Assembly (NCBI GenBank): GCA_964016885.1
Contig: OZ024744.1
Coordinates: 9,176,001 to 9,240,000 of the forward strand
Length of the DNA stretch: 64,000 nt
Direction: 5' to 3'
DNA from: Eledone cirrhosa
Lineage: Eukaryota
The translations under genes were made by a program, and so were the position numbers. The notes below the pieces were generated by a model that searched no databases, was not told the DNA's origin, and saw only the letters and a list, made by a program, of their open reading frames with translations. Positions 10,478 to 25,400 of this stretch are shown here, one piece after another (position 1 is the stretch's first letter; each line of letters opens with the position of its first letter).

Positions 10478-10992
10478 ATATATATATTTCAACTTGTGTG
10501 CTCCTTCTCCATATTTTATAATTATGATATATATATACATATATATATATATCTAAACTATAATAAAGTAAGGAGCACGGGACTGTTTATGGTTTACAAT
10601 TATTTTATCCCGTTAGTAAAATAAGTTGGATTACTTTGAATAAATAATGAATGAATATTACATAACTTATCTACTAAATTTCGTGGCTGTTGATTAAATA
10701 TATTTTGTTTATTTAAAGATTCACTTCTTTAAAATGTATGAAATATCAACACTTTTGGTGGCTCTCGTTTAAATAAACATACTAATTTTCTGTCACTAAT
10801 TTTCTCCTAATGCAGTTTATATATAATATCGTCTTTTTTAATGTATCATGGATTACGTTACTTATTACATAAAACAGTGTAACGCAGTCTTCGTTCAATT
10901 TCTACGTATATTGTCAATTACGATTTTATTTGATGTAACATATCTACATGTATATATACTTGCGTATAATATCAATATACACACCACACATG

Positions 10993-12518
10993 CTAGCAGA
11001 AAACCAACCGTGGGATGGTTTTCTGCTAGTAGATATAAATATATATATATGGGATAACAAATTATCGTTATAGGTAATCCAGTTATAGGTAATTCGCTTT
11101 ATCATAACTTCCAATTTATTAATTTATTAATTTAACCCAAACATATATGTAAATATTTAGGTATACCGGCATTTTATCTTTTCAGGAATCCCCCCAACAC
11201 TCCAGTGCAAAGATACCGCACGCCCTCTCAAGTCGGCGAGGTGGGCAGGCGGGGCGAGTTAACGTGCTCTGATGTTGGGTTTGTATAGTTTTTACGATTC
11301 CCCAGTTCAGCAGCCAGTACGTTAAAGAAAATTGATAGTTACAACAATAAAGGCTAAACAGAGAACACATTTTTTAACAAACAATAATTTCTATAATTTG
11401 TACAACCATAATGGAAATTCCAAGTAACAGAAAATATTCAAGTTACATTGTTAGAACCTCAGAGTATACAATATTTTTTGTCCGGCCCTCTGGAGCAAAG
11501 ATGTAGAGATTGTTTGGCGTACTCATCCTAGAACATCCTACATACAATTGACCATGGGAAAAGCATTGATCTCGTAGCTCGTCTCGCGGAGAAGCCCTGT
11601 AGACGTTGACCTCTGGACACTCCAGTCAGGAGCAGGTAAGCTGTAGTGACTTAGAGGCCTACCACCAATCTCCAGGACACTGTTTTCAAGGCAATTGAGC
11701 GCCTCATTGAAAACGACATCGTATATTACGTTTGGATTGTGTCTATGTGTGCGGTGGAGGATGTCCTCAGATAGTCTTTCACGGTAGTTGTTCCACAGTG
11801 CGAGAGGGTCGGCGAGATCGCAGTTGTGCAGCATAATAGCAAAAACGTTTACGCAGCTGAGAAGGGACTTTAGCAGTTGCTGCTTCTTTCAGGGTGAGGT
11901 GCCAATGGCTGTCATCGTGTAACATACCACGCATCTGGCAAGCCAAACGGTAAGTGGAACATTGATGGCCATTGATGGTTCTCAGATCTTGGAAAGACTG
12001 TGGTCCTCTAACCTCGAACAATAACAATGACGATAAGCCGTCTGTTTTTCGTGAAATAAATAGGTTTTTGTTTTTGTTTATGCAAAAATATCTGTACACG
12101 AATATATATATTAAAATAACAGATTAAAGTTTAAGCAAAGAATCGGTGCTTTCACCTTTAACGGGATCTTCTGAACTAAAAAAAATCCGTCTGTGAACGC
12201 AGAAGTAAATATTTCGAACAACGTTATCTCATGCAGACAGTCAGACATACAGACTAAGAAAAAGAGGGGAATATTGTGCGACGTCATAAGAAAAAGTGAG
12301 GAAGGACGTAAAACCGGAGGTGTTGACATTTGAAATTTTAAAGAAGTGAATATTTAAATAATGTCTTTAATCTTTTAACAAAAATTCAGTAGACAAAAAT
12401 ACCCTCACTTTTTTATTTGGAAAAAGTTACATCTATGGTGCAAATGTGGTGCTGTTTCGTCCAGCCGTTTGGCGGAAAGTGTGTTAGCTATATACGGCTA
12501 TCAGCTTTATAGTATAGA
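10993..12518 (-). mobile_element. Internally deleted, non-autonomous Helitron
   Basis: Minus strand starts A|TCTATACTATAAAG at 12518 (Helitron-like 5' TC end), carries a RepHel fragment, and ends with an imperfect hairpin CCATCC-CAC-GGTTGG followed by TTTTCTGCTAG at 10993. The base after CTAG is C, not the expected T. Confidence 0.6.
11600..12035 (-). pseudogene. Helitron Rep/helicase (RepHel) fragment, frameshifted near 11835
   Basis: LLLFEVRGPQSFQDLRTINGHQCSTYRLACQMRGMLHDDSHWHLTLKEAA..PSQLR followed in another frame by LHNCDLADPLALWNNYRERLSED. This matches the conserved linker between the HUH-Rep and PIF1 helicase domains of Helitrons (V.GP.SF.DLRT.NG, GLL.DD..W, P.QLR, LW..LSED). Confidence 0.82.
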
Positions 12519-12625
12519 TTATTTATTTATTATTTTTTCTTTATCTTTTTTCTTTTTTCTCTTTTCTTTTTGCTTCTTTATTTTTCTCTCTCTCTCTCTT
12601 TTTCTTTTTTTCTTTTTCTTTCTCT
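12519..12625. repeat. T/CT-rich low-complexity tract
   Basis: Directly visible. Confidence 0.8.
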
Positions 12626-12847
12626 ATTACTGATGTTGTGATTTGAATTTTCCTAGTACATTACAAACGCCGTGTATAATTTTAATCAGTTTTTCTGATG
12701 ATTTGGTTAAGCATACATTGTATTTAAAATTGAATGACATAACTTCAAGTAATTAGCAATTTTTAGACAACTTGATCAATGAAACAATTGTTAATACTGT
12801 AAATAAAACCCCTTTTTGTACTGTTGACCATGTTATTCTTCACTCTT

Positions 12848-12852
<5 letters not shown>

Positions 12853-12902
<50 letters not shown>
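12853..12902. repeat. (TA)n(TG)n microsatellite
   Basis: Directly visible. Confidence 0.92.
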
Positions 12903-12903
<1 letters not shown>

Positions 12904-13080
12904 AAAAATATGGGTGAGAAGAATACTGCTGGTTGCACATGGATAACATGTTATAAAATGAGTCCCTCATCAGTGATTTACCAAACGATCATGGGTATTT
13001 CATCGCATTAAAAATCATATACCTCACGTTGGAGCGATAATAACTAAAATAAGTTATTAGGACAATAGAAACGCGTAAAG
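12902..13080 (-). mobile_element. Short interspersed repeat, copy 2 (diverged from 9702-9876)
   Basis: Same orientation and same position directly after a TA/TG microsatellite as copy 1. CTGATGAG on the minus strand at 12966-12973. Confidence 0.5.
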
Positions 13081-13410
13081 CGAGTGAGACAAGTAAACAA
13101 TACAGGGGGAAGCTAACCGAAGATGGAAATAAACACAAGCAACATAGTTATTCTTTCAGCATAAGCTGTGTGAATATATGAGCAAGTCAGAAACAGACCT
13201 ATCGCTAGTGAATCCGGTGTTAGAAAGAATGAAAACCGTTTTCCCAGCGAACGGTAGGAAGAAAGAAGGGGAGAAACAGGGACTGAGTGAGTGGGAGTGC
13301 GAGGAAGAGGTCAGTAGAGAGAAAGAGTTAACTGGCATGGCAGAGGGGAAATATATATATCTATATATGTCACTCTGTCAAGAGGACCAAATTTCAAACC
13401 CAACATCTGT

Positions 13411-16400
13411 AATGTCTACAACAACAACAACAGCGGCACCAATGTCTACAACAACAACAACAGCGGCACCAATGTCTACAACAACAACAACAACAGCGGC
13501 ACCAATATCTACAACAACAACAACAGCGGCACCAATATCTACAACGACAACAACAGCGGCACCAATGTCTACAACAACAACAACAGCGGCACCAATGTCT
13601 ACAACAACAACAACAACAGCGGCACCAATGTCTACAACAACAACAACAACAGCGGCACCAATGTCTACAACAACAACAACAGCGGCACCAATGTCTACAA
13701 CAACAACAACAACAGCGGCACCAAAGTCTACAGCAACAACAACACCGGCACCAATGTCTACAACAACAACAACAGCGGCACCAATGTCTACAACAACAAC
13801 AACACCGGCGCCAATGTCTACAACAACAACAACAGCGGCACCAATGTCTACAACAACAACAACAACACCGGCACCAATGTCTACAACAACAACAACAGCG
13901 GCACCAATGTCTACAACAACAACAACAACACCGGCACCAATGTCTACAACAACAACAACAGCGGCACCAATGTCTACAACAACAACAACAGCGGCACCGA
14001 TGTCTACAACAACAGCACCGGCACCAATGTCTACAACAACAACAACAGCGGCAGCAACGTCTACAACAAGAACAGCGGCACCAATGTCTACAACAACAAC
14101 AACAACAGGGGCACCAATTTCTACAACAACAACAACAACAGCGGCACCAATGTCTATAACAACAACAACACCGGCATCAATGTCTACAACAACAACAACA
14201 ACGGCACCAATGTCTACAACAACAACAACAACAGCGGCACCAATGTCTAAAACAACAACAGCGGCACCAATGTCTACAACAACAACAACAGCGGCACCAA
14301 TGTCTACAACAACAACAACAGCGGCACCAACGTCTACAACAACAACAACACCGGCACCAATGTCTACAACAACAACAACAGCGGCACCAATGTCTACAAC
14401 AACAACAACAACTCCGGCACCAATGTCTACAACAACAACAACAACACCGGCACCAATGTCTACAACAACAACAACAGCGGCACCAATGTCTACAACAACA
14501 ACAACAACACCGACACCAATGTCTACAACAACAACAACAACACCGACACCAATGTCTACAACAACAACAACAGCGGCACCAATGTCTACAACAACAACAA
14601 CACCGGCACCTATGTCTACAACAAAAACAACAGCGGCACCAATGTCTACAACAACAACAACAACAACAACAGCGGCACCAATGTCTACAACAACAACAAC
14701 ACCGGCACCTATGTCTACAACAACAACAACAGCGGCACCAATGTCTACAACAACAACAACAACAGCGGCACCAACGTCTACAACAACAACAACAACAGCG
14801 GCACCAATATCTACAACAACAACAACAGCGGCACCAATGTCTACAACAACAACAACACCGGCACCAATGTCTACAACAACAACAACAGCGGCACCAATGT
14901 CTACAACAACAACAACAGCGGCACCAATGTCTACAACAACAACAACAGCGGCACCGATGTATACAACAACAACAACAGCGGCACCAATGTCTACAACAAC
15001 AACAACAACGGCGGCACCAATATCTACAACAACAACAACAACAGCGGCACCAATGTCTACAACAACAACAACACCGGCACCAATGTCTACAACAACAACA
15101 ACAACGGCGGCACCAATATCTACAACAACAACAACAACAGCGGCACCAATGTCTACAACAACAACAACAGCGGCACCAATGTCTACAACAACAACAACAG
15201 CGGCACCAATGTCTACAACAACAACAGTGGCACCAATGTCTACAACAACAACAACAACAGCGGCACCAATGTCTACAACAACAACAACAGCGGCACCAAT
15301 GTCTACAACAACAACAACACCGGCACCAATGTCTACAACAACAACAACAGCGGCACCAATGTCTACAACAACAACAACAGCGGCACCAATGTCTACAACA
15401 ACAACAACAGCGGCACCGATGTATACAACAACAACAACAGCGGCACCAATGTCTACAACAACAACAACAACGGCGGCACCAATATCTACAACAACAACAA
15501 CAACAGCGGCACCAATGTCTACAACAACAACAACACCGGCACCAATGTCTACAACAACAACAACAACGGCGGCACCAATAATTACAACAACAACAACAAC
15601 AGCGGCACCAATGTCTACAACAACAACAACAGCGGCACCAATGTCTACAACAACAACAACAGCGGCACCAATGTCTACAACAACAACAGTGGCACCAATG
15701 TCTACAACAAAAACAACAACAGCGGCACCAATGTCTACAACAACAACAACAGCGGCACCAATGTCTACAACAACAACAGTGGCACCAATGTCTACAACAA
15801 CAACAACAACAGCGGCACCAATGTCTACAACAACAACAACAACAGCGGCACCAATGTCTACAACAACAACAACAACAGCGGCACCAATGTCTACAACAAC
15901 AACAACACCGGCACCAATGTCTACAACAACAACAACAACAGTGGCACCAATGTCTACAACAACAACAACAACAGCGGCACCAATGTCTACAACAACAACA
16001 ACACCGGCACCAATGTCTACAACAACAACAACAGCGGCACCAATGTCTACAACAACAACAACAGCGGCACCAATGTCTACAACAACTACAACAGCGGCAC
16101 CAATGTCTACAACAACAACAACAACAGCGGCACCAACGTCTACAACAACAACAACAACAGCGGCACCAATATCTACAACAACAACAACAGCGGCACCAAT
16201 GTCTACAACAACTACAACAGCGGCACCAATGTCTACAACAACAACATCAGCGGCACCAATGTCTACAACAACAACAACACCGGCACCAATGTCTACAACA
16301 ACAACAACAGCGGCACCAATGTCTACAACAACAACAGCGGCACCAATGTCTACAACAACAACAACAGCGGCACCAATGTCTACAACAACAACAACAGTGG

Positions 16401-19400
16401 CACCAATGTCTACAACAACAACAACAGCGGCACCAATGTCTACAACAACAACAACAACAGCGGCACCAATGTCTACAACAACAACAACAACAGCGGCACC
16501 AATTTCTACAACAACAACAACAGCGGCACCAATGTCTACAACAACAACAACAGCGGCACCAATGTCTACAACAACAACAACACCGGCACCAATGTCTACA
16601 ACAACAACAACACCGGCACCAATGTCTACAACAACAACAACAGCGGCACCAATGTCTACAACAACAACAACAGCGGCACCAATGTCTACAACAACAACAG
16701 CGGCACCAATGTCTACAACAACAACAACAACAGCGGCACCAATGTCTACAACAACAACAACAACTCCGGCACCAATATCTACAACAACAACAGCGGCACC
16801 AATGTCTACAACAACAACAACAACAACAGCGGCACCAATGTCTACAACAACAACAACACCGGCACCAATGTCTACAACAACAACAACAGCGGCACCAATG
16901 TCTACAACAACAGCACCAACAGCGGCACCAATGTCTACAACAACAACAACAGTGGCACCAATGTCTACAACAACAACAACAACACCGGCACCAATGTCTA
17001 CAACAACAACAACAACAGCGGCACCAATGTCTACAACAACAACAACAGTGGCACCAATGTCTACAACAACAGCAACAACAGCGGCACCAATGTCTACAAC
17101 AACAACAACAGCGGCATCAATGTCTACAACAACAGCAACAACAGCGGCACCAATGTCTACAACAACAACAACAGCGGCACCAATGTCTACAGCAACAACA
17201 ACAACAGCGGCACCAATGTCTACAACAACAACAACAACACCGGCACCAATGTCTACAACAACAACAACAGCGGCACCAATGTCTACAACAACAACAACAA
17301 CACCGGCACCAATGTCTACAACAACAACAACAGCGGCACCAATGTCTACAACAACAACAACAGCGGCACCAATGTCTACAACAACAACAACAGCGGCACC
17401 AATGTCTACAACAACAACAACACCGGCACCAATGTCTACAACAACAGCAACAACAGCGGCACCAATGTCTACAACAACAACAACAGCGGCACCAATGTCT
17501 ACAACAACAACAACACCGGCACCAATGTCTACAACAACAACAACACCGGCACCAATGTCTACAACAACAACAACAGTGGCACCAATGTCTACAACAACAG
17601 CAACAACAGCGGCACCAATGTCTACAACAACAACAACAGCGGCACCAATGTCTACAACAACAACAACAACAGCGGCACCAATGTCTACAACAACAACAAC
17701 AACACCGGCACCAATGTCTACAACAACAACAACAGCGGCACCAATGTCTACAACAACAACAACACCGGCACCAATGTCTACAACAACAGCAACAACAGCG
17801 GCACCAATGTCTACAACAACAACAACAGCGGCACCAATGTCTACAACAACAACAACAGCGGCACCAATGTCTACAACAGCAACAACAGCGGCACCAATGT
17901 CTACAACAACAACAACAGCGGCACCAATGTCTACAACAACAACAACACCGGCACCAATGTCTACAACAACAATATCACCGGCACCAATGTCTACAACAAC
18001 AACAACAGCGGCACGAATGTCTACAACAACAACAACAGCGGCACCAATGTCTACAACAACAACAACAGCGGCACCAATGTCTACAACAACAACAACAGCG
18101 GCACCAATGTCTACAACAACAACAACAGCGGCACCAATGTCTACAACAACAACAACAGCAACAACAGCGGCACCAATGTCTACAACAACAACACGGGCAC
18201 CAATGTCTACAACAACAACAACAGCGGCACCAATGTCTACAACAACAACAACAACACCGGCACCAATATCTACAACAACAACAACACCGGCACCAATGTC
18301 TACAACAACAACAACAGCGGCACCAATGTCTACAACAACAACAACAGCGGCACCAATGTCTACAACAACAACAGCGGCACCAATGTCTACAACAACAACA
18401 GCGGCACCAATGTCTACAACAACAACAACAGCGGCACCAATGTCTACAACAACAACAACAGCGGCACCAATGTCTACAACAACAACAACAGCAACAACAG
18501 CGGCACCAATGTCTAAAACCACAACAACAGCGGCACCAATGTCTACAACAACAACAACAACAGCGGCACCAATGTCTACAACAACAACAACAACAGCGGC
18601 ACCAATGTCTACAACAACAACAACACCGGCACCAATGTCTAAAACAACAACAACAGCGGCACCAATGTCTACAACAACAACAACAGCGGCACAAATGTCT
18701 ACAACAACAACAACAACAGCGGCACCAATGTCTACAACAACAACAACAGCGGCACCAATGTCTACAAAAACAACAACAGCGGCACCAATGTCTACAACAA
18801 CAACGACACCGTCACCAATGTCTACAACAACAACAACACCAGCACCAATGTCTACAACAACAACAACAGCGGCACCAATGTCTACAACAACAACAACACC
18901 GGCACCAATGTCTAATACAACAACAGCGGCACCAATGTCTACAAAAACAACAACAGCGGCACCAACGTCTACAAAAACAACAACAGCGGCACCAATGTCT
19001 ACAAAAACAACAACAGCGGCACCAATGTCTACAACAACAACAACACCGGCACCAATGTCTACAACAACAACAACACCGGCACCAATGTCTAATACAACAA
19101 CAACAGCGGCACCAATGTCTACAACAACAACAACAGCGGCACCAATGTCTACAACAACAACAACAACAACAGTGTCACCAATGTCTACAACAACAACAAC
19201 ACCGTCACCAATGTCTACAAAAACAACAACAGCGGCACCAATGTCTACAACAACAACGACACCGTCACCAATGTCTACAACAACAACAACACCAGCACCA
19301 ATGTCTACAACAACAACAACAACAGCGGCACCAATGTCTACAACAACAACAACAGCGTCACCAATGTCTACAACAACAACAACACCGTTACCAATGTCTA

Positions 19401-22400
19401 CAAAAACAACAACAGCGGCACCAATGTCTACAACAACAACAACACCGTCACCAATGTCTACAACAACAACAACACCGGCACCAATGTCTACAACAACAAC
19501 AACAGCGGCACCAATGTCTACAACAACAACAGCAGCGGCACCAATGTCTACAACAACAACAACAACAGCGGCACCAATGTCTACAACAACAACAACAACA
19601 TCGGCACCAATGTCTACAACAACAACAGCAGCGGCACCAATGTCTACAACAACAACAACACCGGCACCAATCTCTACAACAACAACAACAGCGGCACCAA
19701 TGTCTACAACAACAACAACACCGGCACCAATGTCTACAACAACAACAACAGCGGCACCAATGTCTACAACAACAACAACACCGGCACCAATGTCTACAAC
19801 AACAACAACAACAGCGGCACCAATGTCTACAACAACAACAACAACAGCGGCACCAATGTCTACAACAACAACAACAACAGCGGCACCAATGTCTACAACA
19901 ACAACAACAACACCGGCACCAATGTCTACAACAACAACAACAACAGCGGCACCAATGTCTACAACAACAACAACACCGGCACCAATGTCTACAACAACAA
20001 CAACAACAGCGGCACCAATGTCTACAACAACAACAACATCGGCACGAATGTCTACAACAACAACAACACCGGCACCAATGTCTACAACAACAACAACAAC
20101 AGCGGCACCAATGTCTACAACAACAACAACATCGGCACGAATGTCTACAACAACAACAACACCGGCACCAATGTCTACAACAACAACAACAGCGGCACCA
20201 ATGTCTACAACAACAACAACAACAGCGGCACCAATGTCTACAACAACAACAACAGCGGCACCAATGTCTACAACAACAACAACAGCGGCACCAATGTCTA
20301 CAACAACAACGACAGCGGCACCAATGTCTACAACAACAACAACAACACCGGCACCAATGTCTACAACAACAACAACATCGGCACGAATGTCTACAACAAC
20401 AACAACACCGGCACCAATGTCTACAACAACAACAACAGCGGCACCAATGTCTACAACAACAACAACAACACCGGCACCAATGTCTACAACAACAACAGCG
20501 GCAAAAATGTCTACAACAACAACAACACCGGCACCAATGTCTACAACAACAACAACAGCGGCACCAATGTCTACAACAACAACAACAGTGGCACCAATGT
20601 CTACAACAACAACAACAACAACGGCACCAATGTCTACAACAACAACAACACCGGCACCAATGTCTACAACAACAACAACAGCGGCACCAATGTCTACAAC
20701 AACAACAACAGTGGCACCAATGTCTACAACAACAACAACAACAGCGGCACCAATGGCTACAACAACAACAACAGCGGCACCAATGTCTACAACAACAACA
20801 ACAGCGGCACCAATGTCTACAACAACAACAACAACACCGGCATCAATGTCTACAACAACAACAACACCGGCACCAACGTCTACAACAACAACAACAGGGG
20901 CACCAATGTCTACAACAACAACAACACCGGCACCAATGTCTACAACAACAACAACAGCGGCACCAATGTCTACAACAACAACAACAGGGGCACCAATGTC
21001 TACAACAACAACAACAGCGGCACCAGTGTCTACAACAACAACAGCGGCACCAATGTCTACAACAACAACAACAACACCGGCACCAATATCTACAACAACA
21101 ACAACAGCGGCACCAGTGTCTACAACAACAACAACAGCGGCACCAACGTCTACAACAACAAGAACAGCGGCACCAACGTCTACAACAACAACAACAACAG
21201 GGGCACCAATGTCTACAACAACAACAACAGCGGCACCAATGTCTACAACAACAACAACAACAGCGGCACCAACGTCTACAACAACAACATCAGCGGCACC
21301 AATGTCTACAACAACAACAACAGCGGCACCAATGTCTACAACAACAACAACAGCGGCACCAATGTCTACAACAACAACAACAGTGGCACCAATGTCTACA
21401 ACAACAACAACAGCGGCACCAATGTCTACAACAACAAAAACAGCGGCACCAATGTCTACAACAACAACAACAACAGCGGCACCAATGTCTACAACAACAA
21501 CAACAACACCGGCACCAATATCTACAACAACAACAACACCGGCACCAATGTCTACAACAACAACAACAGCGGCACCAATGTCTACAACAATAACAGCGGC
21601 ACCAATGTCTACAACAACAACAACATCGGCACGAATGTCTACAACAACAACAACACCGGCACCAATGTCTACAACAACAACAACAGCGGCACCAATGTCT
21701 ACAACAACAACAACAACACCGGCACCAATGTCTACAACAACAACAGCGGCAAAAATGTCTACAACAACAACAACACCGGCACCAATGTCTACAACAACAA
21801 CAACAGTGGCACCAATGTCTACAACAACAACAACAACAACGGCACCAATGTCTACAACAACAACAACACCGGCACCAATGTCTACAACAACAACAACAGC
21901 GGCACCAATGTCTACAACAACAACAACAGTGGCACCAATGTCTACAACAACAACAACAACAGCGGCACCAATGTCTACAACAACAACAACAACAGTGGCA
22001 CCAATGTCTACAACAACAACAACAACACCGGCACCAATGTCTACAACAACAACAACAGCGGCACCAGTGTCTACAACAACAACAACAGCGGCACCAATGT
22101 CTACAACAACAACAACAACAGTGGCACCAATGTCTACAACAACAACAACAACAGCGGCACCAATGTCTACAACAACAACAACAGTGGCACCAATGTCTAC
22201 AACAACAACAACAACAGCGGCACCAATGTCTACAACAACAACAACAACAGTGGCACCAATGTCTACAACAACAACAACAACACCGGCACCAATGTCTACA
22301 ACAACAACAACAGCGACACCAATGTCTACAACAACAACAACAGCGGCACCAATGTCTACAACAACAACAACAACAGCGGCACCAATGTCTACAACAACAA

Positions 22401-25400
22401 CAACAGCGGCACCAATGTCTACAACAACAACAACACCGGCACCAATGTCTACAACAACAACAACAGCGGCACCAATGTCTACAACAACAACAGCGGCACC
22501 AATGTCTACAACAACAACAACAGCGGCACCAATGTCTACAACAACAACAGCGGCACCCATGTCTACAACAACAACAACACCGGCACCAATGTCTACAACA
22601 ACAACAACAGCGGCACCAATGTCAACAACAACAACAGCGGCACCAATGTCTACAACAACAACAACAGCGGCACCAATGTCTACAACAACAACAACAGCGG
22701 CACCAATGTCTACAACAACAACAACAACACCGGCACCAATATCTACAACAACAACAACACCGGCACCAATGTCTACAACAACAACAACAACAGCGGCACC
22801 AATGTCTACAACAACAACAACAACAACAACAGCGGCACCAATGTCTACAACAACAACAACACCGGCACCAATGTCTACAACAACAACAACAGCGGCACCA
22901 GTGTCTACAACAACAACAACAGCGGCACCAATGTCTACAACAACAACAACAACAGTGGCACCAATGTCTACAACAACAACAACAACAGCGGCACCAATGT
23001 CTACAACAACAACAACAGTGGCACCAATGTCTACAACAACAACAACAACAGCGGCACCAATGTCTACAACAACAACAACAACAGTGGCACCAATGTCTAC
23101 AACAACAACAACAACACCGGCATCAACGTCTACAACAACAACATCAGCGGCACCAATGTCTACAACAACAACAACAGCGACACCAATGTCTACATAAACA
23201 ACAACAGCGGCACCAATGTCTACAACAACAACAACAGCGGCACCAATGTCTACAACAACAACAACAGTGGCAACAATGTCTACAACAACAACAACAGCGG
23301 CACCAATGTCTACAACAACAACAACAGCGGCACCAATGTCTACAACAACAACAACAACAGCGGCACCAATGTCTACAACAACAACAACACCGGCACCAAT
23401 GTCTACAACAACAACAACAGCGGCACCAATGTCTACAACAACAACAACACCGGCACCAATGTCTACAACAACAACAACAACAGCGGCACCAATGTCTACA
23501 ACAACAACAACGACAGCGGCACCAATATCTACAACAACAACAACAACACCGGCACCAATGTCTACAACAACAACAACACCGGCACCAACGTCTACAACAA
23601 CAACAACAGTGGCACCAATGTCTACAACAACAACAACACCGGCACCAATGTCTACAACAACAACAACAGCGGCACCAATGTCTACAACAACAACAACACC
23701 GGCACCAATGTCTACAACAACAACAACAGGGGCACCAATGTCTACAACAACAACAACACCGGCGCCAATGTCTACAACAACAACAACAACAGCGGCACCA
23801 ATGTCTACAACAACAACAACACCGGCACCAATGTCTACAACAACAACAACAACTCCGGCACCAATGTCTACAACAACAACAGCGGCACCAATGTCTACAA
23901 CAACAACAACAACAGCGACACCAATGTCTACAACAACAACAACATCGGCACCAATGTCTACAACAACAACAACAGCGGCACCAATGTCTACAACAACAAC
24001 AACACCGGCACCAATGTCTACAACAACAACAGCGGCACCAATGTCTACAACAACAGCAACAACAGCGGCATCAATGTCTACAACAACAACAACAGCGGCA
24101 CCAATGTCTACAACAACAACAACAGCGGCACCAATGTCTACAACAACAACAGCGGCACCAATGTCTACAACAACAACAAAAGCGGCACCAATGTCTACAA
24201 CAACAACAACACCGGCACCAATGTCTACAACAACAACAGCGGCACCAATGTCTACAACAACAACAACAACACCGGCACCAATGTCTACAACAACAACAAC
24301 AACAGCGGCACCAATGTCTACAACAACAACAACAACAGCGGCACCAATGTCTACAACAACAACAACAACACCGGCACCAATGTCTACAACAACAACAAAA
24401 GCGGCACCAATGTCTACAACAACAACAACAGTGGCACCAATGTCTACAACAACAACAGCGGCAAAAATGTCTACAACAACAACAACACCGGCACCAATGT
24501 CTACAACAACAACAACAGCGGCACCAATGTCTACAACAACAACAACAACACCGGCATCAATGTCTACAACAACAACAACACCGGCACCAACGTCTACAAC
24601 AACAACAACAGGGGCACCAATGTCTACAACAACAATAACACCGGCACCAATGTCTACAACAACAACAACAGCGGCACCAATGTCTACAACAACAACAACA
24701 GGGGCACCAATGTCTACAACAACAACAACAGCGGCACCAGTGTCTACAACAACAACAGCGGCACCAATGTCTACAACAACAACAACAACACCGGCACCAA
24801 TATCTACAACAACAACAACAGCGGCACCAGTGTCTACAACAACAACAACAGGGGCACCAACGTCTACAACAACAACAACAGGGGCACCAATGTCTACAAC
24901 AACAACAACAGCGGCACCAATGTCTACAACAACAACAACAGCGGCACCAATGTCTACAACAACAACAACAGCGGCACCAATGTCTACAACAACAAAAACA
25001 GCGGCACCAATGTCTACAACAACAACAACAGCGGCACCAATGTCTACAACAACAACAACAACAGCGGCACCAATGTCTACAACAACAACAACAGCGGCAC
25101 CAATGTCTACAACAACAACAACAACAGCGGCACCAATGTCTACAACAACAACAACAGCGGCACCAATGTCTACAACAACAACAACAACAGCGGCACCAAT
25201 GTCTACAACAACAACAACAACACCGGCACCAATATCTACAACAACAACAACACCGGCACCAATGTCTACAACAACAACAACAGCGGCACCAATGTCTACA
25301 ACAACAACAACAACACCGGCACCAATATCTACAACAACAACAACAACAGCGGCACCAATGTCTACAACAACAACAACAACAACAACAGCGGCACCAATGT

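Noticed and set aside
9329-10624. Short Y/I/V/C/M-rich ORFs
   Set aside because: Translations of TA/TG microsatellites.
13066-13080. Plus-strand hammerhead suggested by GAAACGCGTA
   Set aside because: No upstream CTGANGA core on that strand.
17975-18694. Cys-rich metallothionein- or keratin-associated-like ORFs (also 47465, 56759, 62340)
   Set aside because: Alternative frame of the satellite with chance start codons.
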